37,588 bases of DNA from Acidobacteriaceae bacterium. GTDB taxonomy: Bacteria > Acidobacteriota > Terriglobia > Terriglobales > Acidobacteriaceae. Under the pieces are notes generated by a model. That model was not told the origin of the DNA. It did no database searches and saw only the letters and a program-made list of their open reading frames with translations. This document shows, in pieces, positions 27,895-35,005 of this stretch. A program made the translations under genes and the position numbers. How positions within the stretch are numbered: position 1 is the stretch's first letter; each line of letters begins with the position of its first letter. The stretch is taken from contig PLUJ01000273.1 of NCBI GenBank assembly GCA_003165455.1, positions 1-37,588 on the forward strand. The letters run 5' to 3'.

Positions 27895-29046
27895 TTATTT
27901 TCCGAAAACGACCTGAGTCAAGGGTAAGTCTTCGCGGAGAAAGCCCGTGGGGTGCGCATAGGTGACGTAGACGGTTTGTCCTGCGCCTTGGTTGAACTCG
28001 GTATGGACCTGGCCGGTGTAGTTGGTGCTGCCGGAGTAAGGGGTTTCGCCTTTGAAGAGGAGTGCGCCGTTGGACCATGGTCCCCACGGCGTGTAGGAAA
28101 CCATGAAATACATATCGTTATCGAGCGCGGGGTTGTAGATGTTCATGTAGAGGCCTAGGTAGGCGTTGTAGAAAACCTGATTGGCAGCGTCTCCGCCCTG
28201 AAATATCGTTACGGCGTCGGCGGGATTGGCGCTCCAGGTATTGTTCCCGGCGTAGTAGGTCCACTGAGTAATGTCGAGAGCGTCGGCCAGTGGAACTTGC
28301 GCGACCATGCAGTTGTCGACGAGGAATCCGCTGGCGCAACCATAGGAGTAGAGAATGTCATCGACCACGAGAGCGCCGGAGTTATATTCCTGAGCGGTGG
28401 TTCCCCACATGAGGGTGGGAGTTTGACTGCCGGGATTTTCGATGGGGCGGGTGATGCCCTTTCCTGGCGTGTACACGGCGATGCCGGCACCGACGGTGTC
28501 CCAACCTTGCATGCCGGGGGCCCCGCGATACAGCTCGTAGTAATAGAAGAGGACGCGATTGCGGCCGGTGTCATTGATGACGGGGCCATCCCACATGGCG
28601 TATTCGGTGCCGCAAGGATTCACGGTGCAGTGGTTTTTATCGTGCTCGTAGTTAAATTTCCGCTCCCAGGGCAGATAGGGCAAATATTCGGCTGGGGCTC
28701 CGGTGACGTCGAGCAAATCGTGATTGAGGTTGATGCCCTGGGAGGCGTCAAGATTGGTGGTCCAGGAGAGCGAGTTGTCGTCCCAATAATTGCCCAGAAC
28801 TCCGGGCACGGACATGGGGGTATCGCCGAACGTCCACACGGACTCGCCGTTGATGAGGGCGCTGAAGGTACCGTCGCGACCATAGATGACGGGATTTTGT
28901 TGAACCGTACCCAGCGAGGTGACCGAGACTACGGTTGGAAGCGGAGGCACGCCACTCTGGGCGGCTGCGGAGAGGGTTGTGAACAGGGCGACGGCGGCGA
29001 GGAGATAAGATTTTCCTGTGGTCATGGGAGATAACTTATATATCAC
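27895..29046 (-). CDS. Secreted protein, DUF4185-like putative glycoside-hydrolase/beta-propeller fold (function uncertain)
   Basis: Signal peptide ..MTTGKSYLLAAVALFTTLSAAAQ (start 29046 or 29025). ESVWTFGDTP, an aromatic-rich blade-like pattern, no TM. The family assignment comes from a weak motif memory only. Confidence 0.45.
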   Translation of the reverse strand: MIYKLSPMTTGKSYLLAAVALFTTLSAAAQSGVPPLPTVVSVTSLGTVQQNPVIYGRDGTFSALINGESVWTFGDTPMSVPGVLGNYWDDNSLSWTTNLDASQGINLNHDLLDVTGAPAEYLPYLPWERKFNYEHDKNHCTVNPCGTEYAMWDGPVINDTGRNRVLFYYYELYRGAPGMQGWDTVGAGIAVYTPGKGITRPIENPGSQTPTLMWGTTAQEYNSGALVVDDILYSYGCASGFLVDNCMVAQVPLADALDITQWTYYAGNNTWSANPADAVTIFQGGDAANQVFYNAYLGLYMNIYNPALDNDMYFMVSYTPWGPWSNGALLFKGETPYSGSTNYTGQVHTEFNQGAGQTVYVTYAHPTGFLREDLPLTQVVFGK

Positions 29047-29201
29047 GAAGTTTTACGATGGTGAAGAGAAGAGCGGGGTGAGAAGGAAGACTCGTGGATG
29101 GATTGCGGTGGGGTCAGTGACCCGAATCACTTGCCCGCACCCCCGGTCGCTCGTATAGTAGTCTGTCATACCAGCACACGAGCCAGCACACGAGGGCCTA
29201 T

Positions 29202-29918
29202 ATGAACAGCACTCAGTTCTTCGAACAGTTGGAAGCGTCGATTGCGAAGTACGATTTGCTTTGTCATCCGTTCTACAAGGCATGGGCAGCGGGCGAGTTA
29301 ACGCGCGGCGATCTGCGCGAGTATGCGCGCCACTACTATCATCACGTGGAAGCGTTTCCTTCCTATCTTGCCGAATTGGCGCTGCGACTGGATGAGGGCG
29401 AACTGCGGCGCGCGGTGCTGGCAAACATGCGTGACGAAAAAGGCTGCGATGAAAAGGGCGCGGCTGCCGGTTCCGGAAAGCAATCCGTACCCCATTCCGA
29501 GCTATGGCTCGATTTTGCCGAAGGCATGGGGGCGCGCCGGGATATGCGCTGGCACCAGCCGGTTGAAGAAGTGCGGCAGCTGACGCGGCACTTTCATCAA
29601 GTGTCCAGTGAAGGAACGCCGGAAGAAGCTTTGGCGGCGTTTTACGTTTACGAGTCGCAGGTGCCGCGAGTAGCGAAGGAAAAAGAGCGCGGATTACGGG
29701 AGATGTACGGCGCCGACGATAAGACTTGCGGCTACTTCGAGCTGCATGCCACGGCAGACGTTTATCACTCCAATGTGTGGCGCGCTCAACTGGAGAAGCG
29801 GCTGGCGGCGAATCCGGAAGCGGCACAGGCCGCGCTGAACGCAGCGGAAAATACCGCGAAGATGTTGTGGCGGGCGCTGGATGGGATCGAAGCGGCGCGG
29901 ATGAGTTACGCGGCCTAG
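29202..29918 (+). CDS. CADD/CT610-like heme-oxygenase-like diiron oxidase (TenA/PqqC-fold); putative p-aminobenzoate-forming enzyme
   Basis: Collinear with my memory of Chlamydia CT610: HPFYKAWAAGELTRGDLREYARHYYHHVEAFPSYL vs HTFYVKWSKGELTKEQLQAYAKDYYLHIKAFPKYL, YVYESQVPRVAKEKERGL vs YSYESQIPRIAREKIRGL, and H..AD..H. Confidence 0.8.
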   Translation: MNSTQFFEQLEASIAKYDLLCHPFYKAWAAGELTRGDLREYARHYYHHVEAFPSYLAELALRLDEGELRRAVLANMRDEKGCDEKGAAAGSGKQSVPHSELWLDFAEGMGARRDMRWHQPVEEVRQLTRHFHQVSSEGTPEEALAAFYVYESQVPRVAKEKERGLREMYGADDKTCGYFELHATADVYHSNVWRAQLEKRLAANPEAAQAALNAAENTAKMLWRALDGIEAARMSYAA

Positions 29919-30006
29919 ATTGACGTTTGGAGTATGAGAGAAGCCGATGGCTTGCGGAATGTTTCGCGAGCCGTTGGCTTTTCATTTTGTACGCGGAGGA
30001 TTTGGG

Positions 30007-30420
30007 ATGGCGAAAGAGATTCCGATGGGTGCGCGAGGCGAGGCCGAAGAGTCGGTGGAGTTCAGGCATACGCTAACGGCGCATCATCCCGACCTGCCGC
30101 CGGTCTATTCCACTCCTGACATGATCCGGTTGATGGAGACTGCGGCATTCCATGCGCTGCACCGGTTTTGTGAAGGCGACGAGATCACGGTGGGAACGTC
30201 GATCAACGTGCAACATCGCGCTCCCAGCGGGGTGGGGGCGCGGATTCGGGCGGAAGCTGAGCTCGAGTCCTTTGATGGCCGGTTTTACACGATGCGTGTT
30301 GCCGCATGGGATGGGGTTCAGGAGATTGGCAGCGGCACAGTTGGGCGCGCCGTGGTGAGCATGGGAAAATTTGTGAAAAAGTTGAATAATCAGGGCGGGA
30401 CCCGGGCGAAAAATCCATAG
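30007..30420 (+). CDS. Hotdog-fold thioesterase (FlK / 4HBT-like)
   Basis: ATG at 30007 (M21 of ORF 29947..30420) with GGAGGA 6 nt upstream. ..VYSTPDMIRLMETAAFHAL..ITVGTSINVQHRAPSGVGARIRAEAELESFDGRFYTMRVAAWD.. matches the FlK-like thioesterase pattern. Confidence 0.65.
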   Translation: MAKEIPMGARGEAEESVEFRHTLTAHHPDLPPVYSTPDMIRLMETAAFHALHRFCEGDEITVGTSINVQHRAPSGVGARIRAEAELESFDGRFYTMRVAAWDGVQEIGSGTVGRAVVSMGKFVKKLNNQGGTRAKNP

Positions 30421-30433
30421 CAAGGAGTTCCTA

Positions 30434-30781
30434 ATGATCAACGGGGCACATGTTGTGATCTACAGCAAAGATGCCGAAGGTGATCGCGCCTTCTTCCGCG
30501 ATGTACTCAAGTTTCCCAGCGTGGACGCGGGCCACGGCTGGCTAATTTTTGCCATGCCGCCGACTGAAGCGGCATTCCATGACAGCGGGAACAACGATAA
30601 GCACGAGCTCTATTTCATGTGCGACGACATCGCGGCCACGCTGAATGATCTGAAGTCAAGGAACGTTAAGGTTTCGAAGGTGAAGGACGAACGCTGGGGA
30701 AGGTTGGCGACGTTTTCGCTTCCCGGCGGCGGAGCGATTGGCGTCTACCAGCCGAAACACCCCACGCCTTCGAGCCGCTGA
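30434..30781 (+). CDS. VOC (glyoxalase/bleomycin-resistance/dioxygenase) family protein
   Basis: 115 aa, starting 13 nt after the thioesterase. INGAHVVIYSKDAEGDRAFFRDVLKF..GWLIFAMPPTEAAFH..GGGAIGVYQPKH. Confidence 0.7.
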   Translation: MINGAHVVIYSKDAEGDRAFFRDVLKFPSVDAGHGWLIFAMPPTEAAFHDSGNNDKHELYFMCDDIAATLNDLKSRNVKVSKVKDERWGRLATFSLPGGGAIGVYQPKHPTPSSR

Positions 30782-30801
30782 CCTTGCGCACTGCCATCAG
30801 G

Positions 30802-31275
30802 ATGCCTACAACTGTGATCGGCGTTATTTCTGATACGCATGGTTTGCTGCGGCCCAAGGCAGTGCAGGCTTTACGCGGAGCCGACCATATTATTCATGCC
30901 GGGGACGTTGGCGCGCCGGAAATCCTAAAGAGTCTTACGGCGATCGCGCCGCTGACGGTGGTGCGGGGCAACATCGATAGAGAAGATTGGTCGCTTGTGC
31001 TTCCTTTGACGGAAGTGCTGGAGGTGGGTGGAGTATCCATTTACGTGCTGCATGACCTGGCGCAGTTGGATTTGAAGCCGCAAGCGGCGGGATTCGCTGC
31101 GGTGATCAGCGGGCACAGCCATCGGGCGAAGCAGGAGACGCGGGATGGGGTTCTGTATTTCAATCCCGGTAGCGCTGGTCCCAGGAGGTTCAAACTGCCG
31201 GTGAGTGTTGGCAGGTTGGTGATCGAGGGCGGCCGCGTGAGTGGCGAGATGATCGAGCTTGCGCCGGAAGAGTAA
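30802..31275 (+). CDS. YfcE/MJ0936-family metallophosphoesterase
   Basis: VIGVISDTHG, HAGDVG, VRGNID, VLHD and SGHSH motifs in order. Start at ATG 30802, or TTG 30784. Confidence 0.8.
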   Translation: MPTTVIGVISDTHGLLRPKAVQALRGADHIIHAGDVGAPEILKSLTAIAPLTVVRGNIDREDWSLVLPLTEVLEVGGVSIYVLHDLAQLDLKPQAAGFAAVISGHSHRAKQETRDGVLYFNPGSAGPRRFKLPVSVGRLVIEGGRVSGEMIELAPEE

Positions 31276-31304
31276 TCGGTCTCCCAGTCCGACTGAGGTA
31301 GCGC

Positions 31305-31670
31305 TTACGCGCCGACTGCCCAGCCTGCAGTGCCGCTGCGGAAGTCTCTCTGTGCGGTGGGAAAGCCGCCGGTGGTCCGCGTCGGCCGCTTGCGAAGTGC
31401 GGGACGCGTCCGTGGTTCTGTCCAGTGTGGCTGGCGGGCCAGCGCTGTTCTCTCGGAACCGCTGAGGATGGGGCTGCTCAGGCGCACAGGAAAGGCGTAA
31501 CAAAGATTGTCACAATCGCAGCAGCGCGCGGATTGGACCATCAGAGCGCTTAACAAGTAGTGCTCGATGGTGCTTTGACCGTGGCAAGTGTAGGCCTCGT
31601 GGCCGCCACAGTGGGAGCAAGTGAATTCGGAAGAAGCTCGCAACCGGCGGGCGTTAGATTTCGTAGACAT
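31305..31670 (-). CDS. Small Cys-rich (putative zinc-ribbon) protein with a disordered basic C-terminal half
   Basis: ATG at 31670 (M24 of ORF 31305..31739) with AGGAG 8 nt upstream. FTCSHCGGHEAYTCHG...ARCCDCDNLCYAF has two CxxC-like pairs. The C-terminal 55 aa are of low complexity. Confidence 0.45.
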   Translation of the reverse strand: MSTKSNARRLRASSEFTCSHCGGHEAYTCHGQSTIEHYLLSALMVQSARCCDCDNLCYAFPVRLSSPILSGSERTALARQPHWTEPRTRPALRKRPTRTTGGFPTAQRDFRSGTAGWAVGA

Positions 31671-31778
31671 TTCGCATTCTCCTGCGCAAGTAACGCAGTA
31701 TGAGAATGCGGCTGCGACTGGAAGGTCGGAATCCCCCAAACAAGGTATTTTGGCGAAATCCGGAAATTGGCGAAATCA

Positions 31779-31821
31779 GCACGGCTGTGACTCTGGCTGA
31801 CGGGAGAGTTCACAGCCGTGC
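31779..31821 (-). terminator. Perfect 12-bp hairpin after the YXWGXW-protein stop
   Basis: gcacggctgtga-(19 nt)-tcacagccgtgc, 10 nt beyond the stop at 31832-34. Only a weak T-run follows on the minus strand. Confidence 0.45.
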
Positions 31822-31831
31822 CGCGAGCAGC

Positions 31832-33142
31832 TCATTCGGGCTTCTGTTTATCTCTTGGCGGCTCCTTCTTGGCGGGAGGCGGTGGATTCTTTGGTTTAGC
31901 CGGCGGCGCCTTCTGGGCGGGCGGTTTAGGAGTTGGTTTGGGTTCTGGCTTTGCGGCCGACCGATTATGCGCTGGAGCGGGATGAGCAGCCGGCACGGCT
32001 GGCTCGGGATGAGCTGCACGGGTTGGCGGTTGAGTTCGCCGCTCAGTGGGAGCGCGAGGAGCTTCTGGCACCTTCCTCGGCGATTCGGCCGCCCTTGCTG
32101 CAGTAGGAGCTGCGGCCCGTGAAGGCGGGGGACCCGGTTGAGCCCGGTTTGGCTCTGCGCCAGGCGCGGGCCGGGCGGCCGCAGCCGTTCGCGCCGGAAC
32201 CACTGCCGCGATAGGCTTACCCTCGGGAATCGGCTTTGCCGCTGCTACCAATGCTGGGCGCCCGTGATTCACGGAGGCAAACTGTTGCCGGTTCTGCGCC
32301 GCTTCCTGCCTGGCCTGCACTTGAGTGGTCATGGGAGGAATGCGTTGTTCGCGGGTGGCCGCGACTTCAGTCGGCAGGGGCTGGCGGGTGACGCCTCCGG
32401 GACCGTTGTAGCTGGTGCGAGTGTTGGTGATGTTAATGGTCTGGTTGTTGATGATGACGGTATTCGTGATCGTGCGGTTGTAGACGGTAACGTTGTTGAC
32501 GTTCACGTTATTGACGGAGCGGTTGTAGTCGAAACGATCTCCGTTCCAGTAGCCGCCCTGATAGCCGACTCCGACATAGCCGAAGCCGTAGTTGATTCCG
32601 CCGTAGTAACCGATGTGCCGCCCCCAAAAACCATAGTGGTAGCGGTATCTTCCGCTGACGTATCCCCAATAGCCCGGGGTCCATAAATAGCCGGCCTCGG
32701 GTGGACGCGCCCAAGCGCCAGGAACCCAGAAATAGCCCTGAGGAGCGTAGCTCCAATAGCCGGGAGTCCAGAGGTAGCCTTCTCCGGGGCATTCGGGTTG
32801 AGAGTATTCCGGCAACGACGGCGGCGGATCGGAAGCCTGGAGCGCGGGCTGGCCATAGTCTGAGTCGGCGTCCTCGGAGTCGGAGTCGCTGGATTGACCC
32901 TGATCCTGACTGTAGCCCTGCTGGCCGGTCGACTGGGTGGTGGTATTGACGGCTGGGACCAGATTGGCTGAAGCGGCGGGATCTTGGGACTGGTCAGTCT
33001 GTGACTGATCGGTTGCCGCCGGCTGCTGGGCACTGTTATCGGGTGGGGGAGCCTGATTCTTGTTGCAATCCGTAAGGAGCAACGTGAATGCCAGGGCTGC
33101 GGCTGCAAGGAGGGGAAACAACGAAGCTTTTAGGGTTTTCAT
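31832..33142 (-). CDS. Exported YXWGXW-repeat (PF12779-like) protein with Q/D/S-rich and P/A/K-rich low-complexity regions
   Basis: ATG at 33142 (M65 of ORF 31832..33334) gives the signal peptide MKTLKASLFPLLAAAALAFTLLLTDC. GYLWTPGYWSYAPQGYFWVPGAWARPPEAGYLWTPGYWGY..GYQGGYWNG repeats. N/T/V-rich stretch NVNVNNVTVYNRTITNTVIINNQTINITN. C-terminal PKPTPKPPAQKAPPAKPKNPPPPAKK. Confidence 0.65.
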   Translation of the reverse strand: MKTLKASLFPLLAAAALAFTLLLTDCNKNQAPPPDNSAQQPAATDQSQTDQSQDPAASANLVPAVNTTTQSTGQQGYSQDQGQSSDSDSEDADSDYGQPALQASDPPPSLPEYSQPECPGEGYLWTPGYWSYAPQGYFWVPGAWARPPEAGYLWTPGYWGYVSGRYRYHYGFWGRHIGYYGGINYGFGYVGVGYQGGYWNGDRFDYNRSVNNVNVNNVTVYNRTITNTVIINNQTINITNTRTSYNGPGGVTRQPLPTEVAATREQRIPPMTTQVQARQEAAQNRQQFASVNHGRPALVAAAKPIPEGKPIAAVVPARTAAAARPAPGAEPNRAQPGPPPSRAAAPTAARAAESPRKVPEAPRAPTERRTQPPTRAAHPEPAVPAAHPAPAHNRSAAKPEPKPTPKPPAQKAPPAKPKNPPPPAKKEPPRDKQKPE

Positions 33143-33272
33143 AGTAATTATTTGTAAAGTTTGGATGCAGGATTGGGCGGGAGGGTATAGGCGGAGAATA
33201 GCGCGTGGTTTGGGAAATGCCGCGTTCTGCATTGGGGTTGCTACAATCGCCAGTCGGAAGCTTCCAACCTGA

Positions 33273-34466
33273 ATGTCGATGGAATTCCACATTGAAGCAG
33301 ATGCTGGGCCGGCTCGGGGCGGACGGCTGGTCACCGTTCACGGGGAGGTCGAGACTCCGGTATTTATGCCCGTGGGCACGGCGGCGACGGTGAAATCCGT
33401 GCCGCAGGATGTGCTGGAAGAGCTGGGCGTGCAAATCCTCCTAGGCAACACCTATCATTTGTATCTGCGACCTGGAGTGGAGACGGTTCGGCGTTTTGGA
33501 GGGCTGCATGGATTCATGGCTTGGCCGAGGGCGATCCTAACCGATTCTGGAGGATTCCAGGTCTTCAGTTTGAACGAGCTGCGGAAGGTGAGCGAGGAGG
33601 GAGTAACGTTCCGCTCGCATCTGGATGGGTCGTCACATTTCTTTAGCCCGGAAAGCGCCATGGATGCGCAGATTGGGCTGGGCGCCGATATTGTCATGGC
33701 GTTTGACGAATGCACGGAGTATCCGGCGGATGCCGCACGAACCAGAGCTTCCATGGAAATGACTTTGCGCTGGGCGGAGCGCAGCAAGCGGTACTTTGAA
33801 GGGCATAAGGAGGAGGTTCCGTGGGGAAATTCTCAGTACTCGGTTCGTGGTTCTCAGAGTTCCGCGTATGGTCGAGACCGCGAGCAAATTCCTCACCCTG
33901 TCTCGGGCAGCGTTCGGAATGACAGGTTTGAAGGCGAGACGCAGTCTTTGTTCGGGATTGTTCAGGGAGGGATGGATTTTGCGCTGCGGAAGGAATCCGC
34001 GGAGCGGACGGTAGAGATAGGATTTCCTGGATATGCGATTGGCGGCCTTAGCGTGGGCGAGCCGCGCGAGCGGACGCGGGAAGTGATCGAGGCGACGCTG
34101 GAATATCTTCCCCAGGACAAGCCGCGATATGTGATGGGCGTGGGTACGCCGGAAGAGATTGTCGAGTACGCGCGCATGGGCGTGGACATGATGGATTGCG
34201 TTCTGCCGACGCGGGCGGCGCGACATGGGCTGCTATTCACCTCAGAGGGAAAAGTTTCGATCAAGCAGGCGCGCTATGCTCAGGATGCCGGCCCGCTCGA
34301 CCCGAATTGTGATTGCCGCGTGTGCCAGCGCTATTCGCGCGCCTACCTTCGGCATCTTTATGCGTCCAATGAAGTTTTGGCGCAAGTCTTAAATACTCTG
34401 CATAACCTGAGTTTCTACCTTGACACTATGCGACGGGTGCGTCATTCTATTCGACTTGGGGAGTAG
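33273..34466 (+). CDS. tgt: Queuine tRNA-ribosyltransferase (tRNA-guanine transglycosylase)
   Basis: TPVFMPVGT, LGNTYHL, DSGGFQ, AFDEC, LFGIVQGG, GYAIGGLSVGE, PRYVMGVG and the Zn site C..C.C..YSRAYLRHL. It contains a ~40-aa insertion (aa ~176-223) that I do not recall in the E. coli or Z. mobilis Tgt sequences. Confidence 0.95.
   Translation: MSMEFHIEADAGPARGGRLVTVHGEVETPVFMPVGTAATVKSVPQDVLEELGVQILLGNTYHLYLRPGVETVRRFGGLHGFMAWPRAILTDSGGFQVFSLNELRKVSEEGVTFRSHLDGSSHFFSPESAMDAQIGLGADIVMAFDECTEYPADAARTRASMEMTLRWAERSKRYFEGHKEEVPWGNSQYSVRGSQSSAYGRDREQIPHPVSGSVRNDRFEGETQSLFGIVQGGMDFALRKESAERTVEIGFPGYAIGGLSVGEPRERTREVIEATLEYLPQDKPRYVMGVGTPEEIVEYARMGVDMMDCVLPTRAARHGLLFTSEGKVSIKQARYAQDAGPLDPNCDCRVCQRYSRAYLRHLYASNEVLAQVLNTLHNLSFYLDTMRRVRHSIRLGE
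33884..33926. repeat. REP-like element, family A (short copy), in frame inside tgt
   Basis: GCAAATTCCTCACCCTGTCTCGGGCAGCGTTCGGAATGACAGG has the same termini as the copies at 23301 and 27805. It encodes ..QIPHPVSGSVRNDR.. Confidence 0.65.
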
Positions 34467-34653
34467 TCCAGTTTTCATTAGCGTCTAGCCTCGACCGAGG
34501 CTGTGACCTTCCTGGAAAGACTTCTAAGGTTTCAAGGGCTGTGGAAGCTGGCAACGGGCGATGCTTCGCGGAAACGACGTTCGTGGCGTTGGGTTTCGGC
34601 AAAGCGTCCATGGCTTAGAAGAAGTGCGCGGCAGTGCTTAAATTCTAACGACT

Positions 34654-34968
34654 ATGCAATTTCTATTTGCGATGCAAGCGGCGGGCGGGATGGGGTGGTT
34701 GAGCGTCGCTCCGCTCATATTTATTTTCGCTATCTTTTATTTTCTTTTGATCATGCCGCAGCAGCGGCGGCAAAAGAAATGGACCGCGATGCTGGATTCG
34801 CTCAAGACTGGCGACAAGGTGACCACCAGTGGCGGCTTGCGTGGAACCATCATGGCGCTGAAGGATGATTCCATTCATCTGCGCGTTCCTCCGAATAATC
34901 TTGTGGTGGAAGTGACGAAGGCCTCCGTAACGCAGGTTACGACGGAGGAAGAAACCAAGACCAAGTGA
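34654..34968 (+). CDS. yajC: Preprotein translocase subunit YajC
   Basis: 104 aa, single TM LIFIFAIFYFLLIMPQQRRQKK, then LKTGDKVTTSGGLRGTI. Canonical tgt-yajC-secDF context. Confidence 0.9.
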   Translation: MQFLFAMQAAGGMGWLSVAPLIFIFAIFYFLLIMPQQRRQKKWTAMLDSLKTGDKVTTSGGLRGTIMALKDDSIHLRVPPNNLVVEVTKASVTQVTTEEETKTK

Positions 34969-35005
34969 TCGCGGCATACTTATATTTTTAAGGCTTTGGG
35001 TTTTT

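Noticed and set aside
29053-30069. 338-aa minus-strand ORF spanning the CADD-like and thioesterase genes
   Set aside because: It is antisense to two well-supported plus-strand genes. Its P/R/A/S-rich low-complexity translation has no recognisable motif, which is the typical stop-free antisense frame of GC-rich DNA.
31832-33334. Full 500-aa version of the YXWGXW ORF, whose first 64 codons would overlap the tgt start
   Set aside because: The signal peptide begins at M65 (33142). The upstream part has no RBS, overlaps divergent tgt, and reads as non-protein-like sequence.
34503-34868. 121-aa plus-strand ORF between tgt and yajC
   Set aside because: It overlaps yajC out of frame, is Arg/Trp-rich, and has no motif. 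yajC is unambiguous.
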